A DNA stretch of 64,000 bases, taken from assembly GCA_963801185.1 (NCBI GenBank), contig CAWDDW010000001.1:41939-105938 (forward strand), read 5' to 3'. The position numbers were made by a program, and so were the translations under genes. The notes beneath the pieces were generated by a model that saw nothing but the letters and a program-made list of their open reading frames with translations, was not told where the DNA came from and ran no database searches. This DNA is from an uncultured Acidimicrobiaceae bacterium (GTDB lineage Bacteria > Actinomycetota > Acidimicrobiia > Acidimicrobiales > Bog-793). Below are positions 19,687-31,729 of the stretch, in pieces. Numbering within the stretch: position 1 is the first letter of the stretch; each line of letters opens with the position of its first letter.

Positions 19687-21741
19687 GTGTCCGTGGGAGG
19701 CACCTTCCCGCCCTCGACGGGATACGCGCCCTCGCGATACTCGGAGTGTTCGCGTATCACCTCGGCTTCGGATGGGCGTCGGGTGGCTATCTCGGCGTCG
19801 ACCTCTTCTTCGTCCTGTCGGGGTTCCTCATCACGAGCCTGCTCGTCGAGGAGTGGCTCGAGACCAAGAAGATCGGGCTGGCGGCCTTCTGGGGCCGCCG
19901 TGCGCGCCGGTTGCTCCCGGGGCTGCTTCTCATGCTCGTCGTCCTCGGCGTGTACCTCGCTCTCTTCGGCCCGGGCCCGCTCGTCGATCTCCACGAGGTG
20001 CGGGACGACGCCATCGCCACCGTGCTGTACGTGGCCAACTGGCACCAGCTGTTCGCCCACCAGTCCTACTTCGACGAGTTCGCCGCTCCCTCTCCGCTCC
20101 AGCACACGTGGTCGCTCGGCATCGAGGAGCAGTTCTATCTCGTCTGGCCACTCGTAGTCGTCGGGCTGCTCGCTGTCGCTCGCGCGAAGTGGCGGGCGGC
20201 GGGGTGGACGGTCGCCTTGGCCGGTGGTGCTGCGTCGGCCGCCTGGATGGCTTGGCTGGCCGCCCACGGCGCATCTGACAATCGTCTGTACTACGGCTCG
20301 GACACTCGCCGCGTTCGACCTGCTCATCGGCGCGGCGCTGGCGTTCCTCGTCGTCGGCCGCGGACAGCCGGGCCGGCGTGCCAGGCGGCTTCTCTCGGTG
20401 GCAGCGCCTGTCGGTCTGGTCGTGCTCGGGCTGTTCTGGTGGCGCGGGGGAGGCTCTTCCGGCGCGCCAGGGCGCGGGATGTTCGAGTGGGGCTTCCTCG
20501 CGTGTGCCTGTGTGGCAGCCGTCGTCCTCGCGGACGTCCGGCAACACGCTCTCTCACCTCTCGGGAAGGTGCTGGCGCTCCCGCCGCTTCAGTTCATCGG
20601 GCAGATCTCCTATGAGCTCTACCTGTGGCATTGGCCCGTCATCTGCGAGCTCACTCCCACGCGGCTCGGCTTCGGGGGAGCAAAGCTCGACCTCGTCAGG
20701 GTGGCGGTCGCGTCCTTCCTCTCGGTTGCCAGCTATTACGCCATCGACCGGCCGGTCCGCAGGTGGGCGTTCAAGGGCTGGCCCATGCCTGTCCGAGTCC
20801 TGACAGCGCCGGCCGGCATGGTCGCGGCCTCGGTGATAATGGTCCTCGGCACCGTGCCTCCCGCGCTCGCCAGCCCTCCGCCCGTGGTCAGGATCACCGT
20901 GACGCGCGGGCCGAGCGTGCCAGGCGCAGGCCACATGTACGGAGGGCCGATCCACCTCGCAGAGACGCCCTCTCGGATCCATCCGCTTCGCATCATCATG
21001 TTCGGGGACTCGGTCATGCGGGACGATGCCACGTCGGTCGCCGCCGCCCTTCAGCCGACAGGTGTCGTCAACGTGAACGACGCCGGCTTCGACGGCTGGG
21101 GCTTCACGACGGACACCGGCTGGCGGCAGAACGTGCCAGGAGCGATCGAGAACGATCACGCGCAGCTCGTGATAGCTATGTGGAGCTTCGACAACGACTA
21201 CCTCATGACCCACCGTCAGCAGTACGTCGGATGGATGAGAGAGTTCGTGCACCTCGTCCTCAGCCAGCCCGGCGTGGACGGGCTCATCTTCGAGCAATTC
21301 CCGGCGCTCGGCCCGCCGTTGTACTCCAATCCCGTCGATGCCTCGACCAACGAAGCCGCCGTCAACGTCCCGGTCGACACCTGGAACAGCATCGTGCGGT
21401 CGATGGTCGCGATCGATCCCGAGCGGGTCATGTACCTGCCGCTCGGCTCAGCGGTCGAACGGGCCGGCCGTTACGAGCCCTGGCTGCCGCCCGGTGACGA
21501 GTGGTCACTGCCCTTGCAGAAGTGGGTCCGGGTCCGTATGGCGGACGCGGTTCACTTCTGCCCGGCGGGCGCGGCGCGCTACGCAGCTGCGCTCGTGACA
21601 GACCTCAGGTCCCTCTACCATCTGCCGGCCCCTCCGTCGGGCTGGTCGACGGGTTCTTGGACGGATGGGGCGCAGTTCACGGGGTCCGGTGCCTGCCCGG
21701 ACGACCACCCGCCCGATGCGGCCGCCGTGAGCGTCCGCTGA
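19665..21741 (+). CDS. Acyltransferase family 3 membrane protein with C-terminal SGNH-like domain; frame break near 20310 as sequenced
   Basis: AT3 motifs 'LDGIRALAILGVFAYH', 'GVDLFFVLSGFLIT' and 'HTWSLGIEEQFYLVWP'. '...RLYYGSDTR' (ORF 19353..20615) continues as 'AFDLLIGAALAFLV...FIGQISYELYLWHWP...' (ORF 20224..21741). The C-terminal domain carries 'IIMFGDSV'. The start is uncertain (TTG 19665 proposed). The length is 2077 nt = 3n+1. Confidence 0.72.
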
Positions 21742-21742
21742 C

Positions 21743-22363
21743 GTGATCGCGATCGGGCTCACCGGCGGCATCGGCTCCGGCAAGTCGACAGTGGCCTCGA
21801 TGCTCGTCGAGCGCGGGGCTGTCCTGATCGACGCGGACGTGCTGGCGCGCGAGGTGGTCGAGCCGGGCCGGAAGGCGTTCGCGGAAGTGAGGGAACGTTT
21901 CGGGGACGGGGTGCTCGCGCCCGACGGTTCCCTCGATCGCCAGGCGTTGGCCGCGATCGTCTTCGCCGACGAAGTGGCCCGGGCGGACCTCAACGCGATC
22001 GTCCACCCTGAGGTGGGACGGGAGATGTTCGAACGCATCTCCCATGAGGCCGGGACGGATCACGTCGTCATCCTCGATGTGCCGCTCCTCGCGGAAGGCG
22101 GGCGGGACCGTTACCCGGTGGCCGGGGTGCTCGTCGTCGATTGCCCGGTGGACCTGGCAATCGACCGTTTGGTGGCCCAGCGCGAGATGGACCGGGCCGA
22201 CGCCGAACGGCGGGTCGCGGCCCAGAGCTCCCGCGAGGATCGGTTGCGCGTTGCCGACTTCATCATCATGAACATGGGCAGCATGGACGAACTGCGAGAC
22301 ATGGTCGCCAGGGCCTGGGCCTGGATCGAGGGCCTTCGCTCGCAGGCGGGGTCAGCACCGTGA
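21743..22363 (+). CDS. coaE: Dephospho-CoA kinase
   Basis: 'IGLTGGIGSGKSTVASML...GAVLIDADVLAREVVEPG', followed by 'VHPEV' and 'VILDVPLL'. GTG start 2 nt after the upstream stop. Confidence 0.88.
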   Translation: MIAIGLTGGIGSGKSTVASMLVERGAVLIDADVLAREVVEPGRKAFAEVRERFGDGVLAPDGSLDRQALAAIVFADEVARADLNAIVHPEVGREMFERISHEAGTDHVVILDVPLLAEGGRDRYPVAGVLVVDCPVDLAIDRLVAQREMDRADAERRVAAQSSREDRLRVADFIIMNMGSMDELRDMVARAWAWIEGLRSQAGSAP

Positions 22364-22424
22364 GAGCGCCGTCGCCAGACGCCGTGTCGGCGCGCGTTGC
22401 CGCGGCGACCGGGGAAGACCGATA

Positions 22425-23099
22425 ATGCAGTCGATGGGATCGGGCCAGTCGTCGAAGGACAACCGTTCTGGCAAGTCGTCCGCGCAGGGCGCCGCCTGGT
22501 CCGACTGGTTGGCGAAGTCCGTTTGGTACGCCACCTCGACGCGCCCGGGAGCCCAGGGCGGCGTGCCCGGTCCCGGAAGGGATTACGGTCCCGGCTCGTC
22601 GGTCCGCGCGTCTGACGCCGAGCGATCAGAGGTGATCGACTCCCTCTCTCAGCACTTCGGGGAGGGCCGCCTCGATCAGGAAGAATTCGACGATCGGCTG
22701 CAGCGCGCCATGTCGGCCAAGACGAGAGGCGACCTCGTGCCGCTGCTCGTCGACCTCCCCACTACCCACACGGACGCCTCGCCGACCACACCCTCGGTGC
22801 GCCAGCGGTTGCGGAGACAGGTCGCAGGATTGGCTGCCGCCGTCTCGGCGCTGGTCGTCCTCGCGGTCGCCTGGCTGGTCCTCGCCCCTGGAGACGGGGC
22901 GAAGGGCTGGGCGATCTTTTTCCTCCTCGTGGCGGCGTACCTGCTCCGGCGCTTCAGCAAGAGCCGGCGGCGGCGCCTTCGCCACGAGCACCTCCACGAG
23001 CACGGGACGCCGCACTGGCACGGCCCGCACGGACGGGTACGAGTGGAGTTCGACGTTCGCCGCCTCGGCTCGGGCTCCGGCCGGTACGACCACCACTGA
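22425..23099 (+). CDS. DUF1707 (SHOCT-like) domain membrane protein
   Basis: '[52 protein letters not shown]' is followed by two TM helices and a His-rich tail. The true start may be downstream. Confidence 0.55.
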   Translation: MQSMGSGQSSKDNRSGKSSAQGAAWSDWLAKSVWYATSTRPGAQGGVPGPGRDYGPGSSVRASDAERSEVIDSLSQHFGEGRLDQEEFDDRLQRAMSAKTRGDLVPLLVDLPTTHTDASPTTPSVRQRLRRQVAGLAAAVSALVVLAVAWLVLAPGDGAKGWAIFFLLVAAYLLRRFSKSRRRRLRHEHLHEHGTPHWHGPHGRVRVEFDVRRLGSGSGRYDHH

Positions 23100-23155
23100 C
23101 CAGTCCTGCCTGGGCAGAGACGCCAACGCGCACCCTGTCGGTACCATCGAAACGG

Positions 23156-25242
<2,087 letters not shown>

Positions 25243-25244
25243 GC

Positions 25245-28140
25245 GTGGCAAATTTCCTCGTCATCCGAGGAGCTCGCGAGCACAACCTCAAGAACATCTC
25301 GCTCGAGCTGCCGCGCGAGCAGCTGATCGTCTTCACGGGGCTGTCGGGCTCGGGAAAGTCCTCGCTCGCGTTCGACACGATCTACGCCGAGGGCCAGAGA
25401 CGCTACGTCGAGTCGCTGTCCTCTTATGCCCGTCAGTTCCTCGGGCAGATGGACAAGCCGGACGTCGACTTCATCGAGGGCCTCTCGCCTGCCATCTCGA
25501 TCGACCAGAAGTCGGCCTCCCGCAATCCTCGCTCCACCGTCGGCACGGTCACGGAGATCTACGACTACCTGCGCCTCCTGTTCGCACGCATAGGTCAACC
25601 TCACTGCCCGAGCTGCGGTCGGACCGTCAGCCGGCAGAGCCCGCAGCAGATCGTCGACCGGGTGCTCCAGCTCAGTGACGGCACGCGCTTCCAGGTGCTC
25701 GCGCCCGTCGTGCGCGGGCGGAAGGGCGAGTACTCGTCACTCTTGGACGACCTCGCTAAGCAGGGATTCGCCCGGGTCCGCATCGACGGCAACGTCGTCG
25801 ACCTCGCCGAGCGGTCTGCGGTCGAGCTCGCCCGCTACGAGCAGCACACGATCGAGGTGGTGGTCGACCGGCTGGTGCGAAAGGACGGGATCGAGCGCCG
25901 GCTGACCGATTCCATCGAGACGGCGCTACGGCTGGGCGAGGGGATGGCGGAGATCCTCGTGGGGGGTGCTGCCCGAACCGCAGCCGCCGGCCGCGCCGAG
26001 GGCGATGCCGGCGAGGGAGCTGCGGTCGGCGATGGAGAGGAGACCCTCACCTTCTCCCAGCACCTGGCATGCACTTATTGCGGCATCTCGTTCGAGGAGC
26101 TGGCGCCCCGCAGCTTCTCGTTCAACTCGCCCTACGGTGCGTGCCCAGCTTGCAATGGGCTCGGCACCCGTTTCGAGGTCGACCCAGAAGCTCATCGTCC
26201 CGGACGCCGACCGCTCGATCGCGTCGGGAGCCATCTCGCCGTGGACGGGCGCGCGGACCGAGTACTTCTCACGGGTGTTGTTCGCCGTCGCCGATGCGTT
26301 CAAGATCGATCCGAAAAGGCCGTGGAGCAAGCTGACGAAAGCTCAGAAGAAGATCTTCCTGTTCGGTGCCGGCAAGACTAGGGTGCACATCCAGTACCGC
26401 AACCGCTACGGCACCCTCCGCAGTTACGACACGACGTTCGAAGGCGTGGTGCCGTGGCTGCAGCGGCGCCACTCCGAAGCGGAGTCGGACTGGCAGCGCG
26501 AGCAGATCGAGGGGTACATGCGGGAGGTACCCTGCCCGACTTGTGGCGGCACCCGGCTGAAGCCGGAGACACTCGCGGTAACGATCTCGGGTCGCAACAT
26601 CGCCGAGCTCTGCTCACTTTCGATCCGCGGTGCTCACGATCTGCTCGGCAGCCTGGAGCTGAGCGCTCGGGAGGAGATGATCGCCGCACGGGTCATGAAG
26701 GAGATCCGTGCACGCCTGCAGTTCCTCGTGGACGTCGGGCTCGACTATCTGAGCCTCGACCGCTCGGCGGCCACGCTCGCGGGTGGCGAGGCACAGCGGA
26801 TCCGGCTCGCGAGCCAGATCGGCTCGGGTCTGGTCGGAGTGCTCTACGTGCTCGACGAACCTTCGATCGGCCTTCACCAGCGCGACAACAAGAGGTTGAT
26901 CGAGACGCTCATCCGGCTCCGCGACCTCGGCAACACGGTCCTCGTGGTCGAGCACGACGAGGAGACCATCCGGGTGGCCGATCACATCGTCGACATCGGA
27001 CCTGGCGCGGGCGAGCACGGGGGAGAGGTGGTCTACTCAGGACCGCTGAAGGGGCTGATAGCAACGAAGAGCTCGATAACCGGCCAGTATCTCGCCGGCA
27101 AGCGCGAGATCGCCCTGCCGACGATGCGGCGCGAGCCTCGAGGTGAGTGGGTCACCATTAGAGGCGCCCGCGAGCACAACCTGAAGAACCTCGACGTCGA
27201 GCTGCCGCTCGGGTGCTTCGTTGCCGTGACCGGCGTGTCGGGCTCCGGCAAGTCGACGCTCGTGAACGACATCTTGCATCGCGCCCTCATGCAGCGGATC
27301 TACAAGTCCCGCGTCGTACCCGGGCGCCACAAGTCCATCGAGGGTGCCGAGGCGCTCGACAAGGTGATCGACATCGACCAGTCGCCGATCGGGAGGACCC
27401 CGAGGTCCAACCCGGCCACCTACTCCGGAGTCTTCGACCACATTCGCAAGCTCTTCAGCCAGACCTCGGAGGCGAGGTTGCGGGGCTATCAGCCCGGTCG
27501 TTTCTCCTTCAATGTCTCGGGGGGCCGGTGCGACGGCTGCGCCGGCGACGGCACGATCAAGATCGAGATGCACTTCCTGCCGGACGTGTACGTCCCCTGT
27601 GAGGTGTGCAAAGGGGCGCGGTACAACCGGGACACCCTCGAGGTGGCCTGGCGAGGGCGCAACATCGCGGAGGTGCTGGACCTCTCGTGCGAAGAGGCAC
27701 TCGAGTACTTCTCAGCACAGCCGGTGATCTCACGGCACCTGCAGACCCTGGTCGACGTCGGGCTGTCCTACGTGCGCCTCGGCCAGCCCGCTCCCACGCT
27801 GTCGGGCGGCGAGGCCCAACGAGTCAAGCTCGCGTCCGAGCTCTCGAAGCGCTCGACCGGGCGCACTTTGTACATCCTCGACGAGCCGACGACCGGCCTT
27901 CACTTCGAGGACGTCCGCAAGCTTCTCGGCGTGCTGCAGCGCCTCGTCGACAACGGGAACACCGTGTGCGTGATCGAGCACAACCTCGACGTCATAAAGT
28001 CGGCAGACTGGATCATCGACCTAGGGCCCGAGGGAGGCGACGGCGGGGGGATGATCATCGCGGAAGGCACTCCCGAGAAGGTCGCGAAGACCTCGGAGAG
28101 CTACACCGGTCAGTATCTCGAGGCCATGCTGGCCCGTTAG
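25245..28140 (+). CDS. uvrA: Excinuclease ABC subunit A; frame break near 26190 as sequenced
   Basis: The GTG 25245 start reads '[59 protein letters not shown]'. '...[16 protein letters not shown]' continues in the +1 frame as '[19 protein letters not shown]...' (track ORF 25966..28140). The second ATPase module carries '[11 protein letters not shown]' and '[12 protein letters not shown]'. The length is 2896 nt = 3n+1. Confidence 0.92.
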
Positions 28141-28147
28141 GAGCTTC

Positions 28148-28519
28148 ATGGCACACCGAATCGCAGGGCTCGATCACGTACAGCTCGCCATGCCGAGGGG
28201 CGAAGAGGCGGCCGCCGAGGCCTTCTACGGGGACTTGCTCGGCTTCGACGTCCTGCCCAAACCACCAGTGCTGGCGGCGCGGGGTGGCAGGTGGTTCGGC
28301 GCTGACGGCGGCAGAGTGCAGGTGCACCTCGGCGTCGAGGAGGAGTTCCGCCCAGCCAAGAAGGCTCACCCAGCACTGCTCGTCGATGGGCTGGACGAGC
28401 TCGTGGCTGTCCTGTCGGAGGCTGGTGTCACCGTCCGGTGGGACGACGACAACCCGGGAGTCCACCGCTGCTACGTCGACGACCCCTTCGGCAACCGGAT
28501 CGAGCTCGTCGCCGGCTGA
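28148..28519 (+). CDS. VOC-family (glyoxalase/bleomycin-resistance/dioxygenase fold) protein
   Basis: 123 aa. 'GLDHVQLAMPRGEEAAAEAFYGDLLGF' and '..DDPFGNRIELV' are typical VOC beta-alpha-beta-beta-beta modules. Confidence 0.75.
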   Translation: MAHRIAGLDHVQLAMPRGEEAAAEAFYGDLLGFDVLPKPPVLAARGGRWFGADGGRVQVHLGVEEEFRPAKKAHPALLVDGLDELVAVLSEAGVTVRWDDDNPGVHRCYVDDPFGNRIELVAG

Positions 28520-28542
28520 GGTGCCTTGACGACACCTCAGCC
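28514..28542. terminator. Perfect 10-bp hairpin between convergent genes; candidate bidirectional terminator
   Basis: 'ggctgaggtg' (28514-28523) pairs with 'cacctcagcc' (28533-28542) around a 9-nt loop. It spans the VOC stop codon (28517-28519) and ends 2 nt before the minus-strand stop (28544-28546). Confidence 0.4.
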
Positions 28543-28543
28543 G

Positions 28544-30124
28544 TCAGAAGGCCCCATGCCCCCTGAACACCCGGGCGGGCGTGTGCCAGAGGATCTTCAA
28601 GTCCCAGAGAAGCGACCACGACGCCACGTAGAGGTAGTCGAGGCGCTTCAGCTCGTCGTAGGACAGATGGCTCCGGCCCGAGATCTGCCACAAGCCGGTC
28701 ATCCCCGGCCGTACGTCGAAACGGCGGGCGGCAGATCCGGCTATCTGACTGGACTCTGCCGGAATGAACGGTCTTGGCCCGACGAGCGACATGTCGCCGC
28801 GCAACACGTTCAACAGCTGTGGGAGCTCGTCAAGACTCGACTTCCGTAAGAAGGCCCCGACCCTGGTCACTCGCGGATCGCCCCGCATCTTGAACAACGG
28901 ACCGTCCACCTCGTTCGCCTTCACCAGATCGGAATCGCCGCGGTGCTGCTCCGCATCCACGACCATCGTCCGAAGCTTCAGCATCGTGAAGGTCCGGCCG
29001 TTCTGGCCGACTCGCTGCTGACGGAAGAACACGGGACCCGGTGACGAGCGCTTCACCGCGATAGCGGCAGCTGCGAAGACAGGGCTCAAGATGACGACCG
29101 AGAGGGTCGCGAGCACGAGGTCGAACGTGCGCTTTGCCACCCGTGCGCCACGGCTCAGGCTACCCGGTGCCACGTCGATGATGGCAAGGCCCGCTATCTC
29201 CTTGACCGCGGAGCGCCATGAGAGGAGCTCGAAGTAGCGCGGCACGATCGAGATGGCGATGTCGGGCTTCAAGGATTGCAGTCGTTGGATGGCCTCGGCA
29301 GGATGCGTCCGCGAGAAGCTGACGATGACCTGGTCGACCGCGTGGTTGGCGCAGATGGTAGGCAGGTCGTCGATCGGCCCGAGCACTCCGGTGCCTGGAG
29401 CCGGGTCATCGTCGACGCACCCGACGACCGTGATGCGGGGGTCCCACGACAGGTAGCGCAGGAGATGCCCTGCCATCATGCCGCTCCCGACTATGAGGAC
29501 GCGGAAGTGCTCAACATCGGCCGCGCGCATCAGCGCCCGGGCGAGTGCCCGTCCCATCGGGACGGCGAGCGCGGCGATCGTCAGCGCAACCACGATCGTG
29601 ACCGGCGCGACCGACGATCGGGCCTCGAGGCCACCGAAGAGGTGATTGATACCGAGGACGAAACAGCTCGCAAATGCCAGCGCGTAAATGATGTCGCGCA
29701 GCTCGCTGAAGGTGTTGACCATCAACTGGCGGGGCCAGCGCGCGTACAGGCCGTTGGCCCAGAATGCGACGGCAGCCGCAAGCTGCAATAGCCCGCCGAG
29801 GATGAGATCGGGTATGAGGGCTGATCCCGACCCTGCCGGCGTCTGGTGGACGATCCGGACGGCCAAGATCTCACAGGCGCCGACGACCGCGAGATCTGCG
29901 ACGAAAAGTGCCACCCGTGGCCCGATGCGGGCCGCCCGGCCTGCTACGACTCCATCGGGTTCGGGGTGGCTGGCGGGCGGCGCTATCGCGAGTGGAATGC
30001 GTTCGCGACGCGTGCGGGGATCTATTCGATCGGCGTCACGAAATGCCTCCCGCCGATGGGGTCCCTGCAGCTCAGCCTCTCGTCTTGTCACTTTCCCCAG
30101 CCCCTCTTGAGCCCCGCGGAGCAC
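28544..30124 (-). CDS. Exopolysaccharide polyprenyl-phosphate glycosylphosphotransferase (WbaP/EpsB-type initiating sugar transferase)
   Basis: N-terminal TM block, Rossmann-like 'FRVLIVGSGMMAGHLLRYL', and a C-terminal bacterial sugar-transferase domain: 'FDLVLATLSVVILSPVF...PGPVFFRQQRVGQNGRTFTMLKLRTM...DELPQLLNVLRGDMSLVGPRP'. The start is uncertain. Confidence 0.88.
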   Translation of the reverse strand: MLRGAQEGLGKVTRREAELQGPHRREAFRDADRIDPRTRRERIPLAIAPPASHPEPDGVVAGRAARIGPRVALFVADLAVVGACEILAVRIVHQTPAGSGSALIPDLILGGLLQLAAAVAFWANGLYARWPRQLMVNTFSELRDIIYALAFASCFVLGINHLFGGLEARSSVAPVTIVVALTIAALAVPMGRALARALMRAADVEHFRVLIVGSGMMAGHLLRYLSWDPRITVVGCVDDDPAPGTGVLGPIDDLPTICANHAVDQVIVSFSRTHPAEAIQRLQSLKPDIAISIVPRYFELLSWRSAVKEIAGLAIIDVAPGSLSRGARVAKRTFDLVLATLSVVILSPVFAAAAIAVKRSSPGPVFFRQQRVGQNGRTFTMLKLRTMVVDAEQHRGDSDLVKANEVDGPLFKMRGDPRVTRVGAFLRKSSLDELPQLLNVLRGDMSLVGPRPFIPAESSQIAGSAARRFDVRPGMTGLWQISGRSHLSYDELKRLDYLYVASWSLLWDLKILWHTPARVFRGHGAF

Positions 30125-30387
30125 CTACTTCCTGCTCCGAAAAACTGCCGGTTATCTAGTGCTGCTCACGCTGAAACTAAGTTGGGGGCAAGACGGTGAA
30201 CATTACGTGGGCCGGATAGTACCATGGCCGCTCTTTTGAGCACCAGGGGTCTAGATCTCGCTTGGACAGACGCCGCCACAGGAGAGCGGATGGAGCCGTG
30301 TGATCGCTGTCGCCTATGCTTCGGAGCGTTCACCTCAGCGCGGGGGCACCGATGCGAGGACAGGCGTGAGGTCGAGGAGATTCGCCC

Positions 30388-31710
30388 GTGAAGGTTGCAG
30401 TGTTCGGTCTTGGCTACGTCGGCACCGTGACAGCGGCATGTCTTGCTGCTCGCGGCCACGACATCTGGGGGGTCGACATCGACGAGCACAAGGTTGCGAT
30501 GGTCGGCGATGGCCGCACTCCGGTGCTGGAGCCCGGTTTGGGGGAACTGATTGCCGACGCTGTCGCGAGCGGAGCGCTCCACGCGACGACGAGCGTTGCG
30601 GAGGCCCTCACCGGCGCCGAGGTCTCGATCGTCTGCGTTGGGACTCCCTCATCTGCCAATGGCGGCACCGACCTCAGCTTCGTCACGCGGGCGACAGAGG
30701 AGATCGCTCAAGTGTTGGCGGCAGCGCCAGAGGGCTCTCCGTTTCATGCGGTCGTCGTCCGGTCGACCGTCCCGCCCGGTACCGTCGACGAGATCGTGGC
30801 TCCAGTGCTCCGGGCCACCGGCGCTCGAGTCGGTACGGCGATGTGCCCCGAGTTCCTCCGCGAGGGCTCTGGAGTCGCAGACTTCTTTGACCCACCCTTC
30901 ACGGTCGTGGGAACCGGGGACCCGGACGTCGCGGAGCTCCTCTCGTCGCTGTTCGGGTTCCTCGACCAACCTGTGCGGGTCGTGGCCGTTCGGACAGCGG
31001 AGTCGCTCAAGTACGCCTGCAACGCCTTTCACGCCGTGAAGGTCGCCTTCGCGAACGAGATCGGTCGCGTCTTCCGTCCCCTTGGGATCGACTCTCGTGC
31101 GGTTATGGAGCTCTTCTGCGAGGACCGGCGCCTCAACATCTCGCCGAACTACCTTCGACCCGGCTTTGCGTTCGGCGGTCCATGCCTGCCGAAGGACCTG
31201 CGGTCACTTCTTCATTCGGCGCGGATGAGCAGCGTCGACCTTCCCTTGCTCGCCGGCGCGATGTCGTCGAACGAGCTCGTGCTCGCAGATGTCGTGAACC
31301 GCATCACCGCCGAGGGTGGTTATGGCGAGGGTGGCATGACAGTGGCTCTTCTCGGCCTGAGCTTCAAGATGTCGAGCGACGACCTGCGGGAGAGCCCGAG
31401 CGTGCGGTTGGCGGAGACGCTCATCGGCAAGGGCTACAGGGTGCGGATCCACGACCCGGTCGTGAAGCCGTCGCAGCTGATCGGGACGAACCGCCGCTAC
31501 GTCGAATCGAGGCTTCCTCACCTTCAGCACCTGCTGGCGGACAGCGCCTCGGAGGCTCTGGCGGGGGCGGAAGTCGCTGTGGTTTCCTCGTCGACCGAGC
31601 CCGTCATCGCAGCGCTGCTTGCCGCCGCCCCCTCGCGCATCTTGGATCTCACCGGTCGTCTCGGCGCCGGTGTCGAGGCCCTTCAAGGCTACGAAGGTGT
31701 CGGATGGTGA
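30388..31710 (+). CDS. Nucleotide-sugar 6-dehydrogenase, AlgD-like (probable GDP-mannose 6-dehydrogenase)
   Basis: 'MKVAVFGLGYVGTVTAACLAARGH', 'VCVGTPS', 'PEFLREG', 'YLRPGFAFGGPCLPKD', 'LGLSFKMSSDDLRESP', and C-terminal '..EGVGW'. It is colinear with Pseudomonas AlgD as I recall it. The substrate assignment is an inference. Confidence 0.75.
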   Translation: MKVAVFGLGYVGTVTAACLAARGHDIWGVDIDEHKVAMVGDGRTPVLEPGLGELIADAVASGALHATTSVAEALTGAEVSIVCVGTPSSANGGTDLSFVTRATEEIAQVLAAAPEGSPFHAVVVRSTVPPGTVDEIVAPVLRATGARVGTAMCPEFLREGSGVADFFDPPFTVVGTGDPDVAELLSSLFGFLDQPVRVVAVRTAESLKYACNAFHAVKVAFANEIGRVFRPLGIDSRAVMELFCEDRRLNISPNYLRPGFAFGGPCLPKDLRSLLHSARMSSVDLPLLAGAMSSNELVLADVVNRITAEGGYGEGGMTVALLGLSFKMSSDDLRESPSVRLAETLIGKGYRVRIHDPVVKPSQLIGTNRRYVESRLPHLQHLLADSASEALAGAEVAVVSSSTEPVIAALLAAAPSRILDLTGRLGAGVEALQGYEGVGW

Positions 31711-31729
31711 AGGTGCGTCATCTCTTCGG

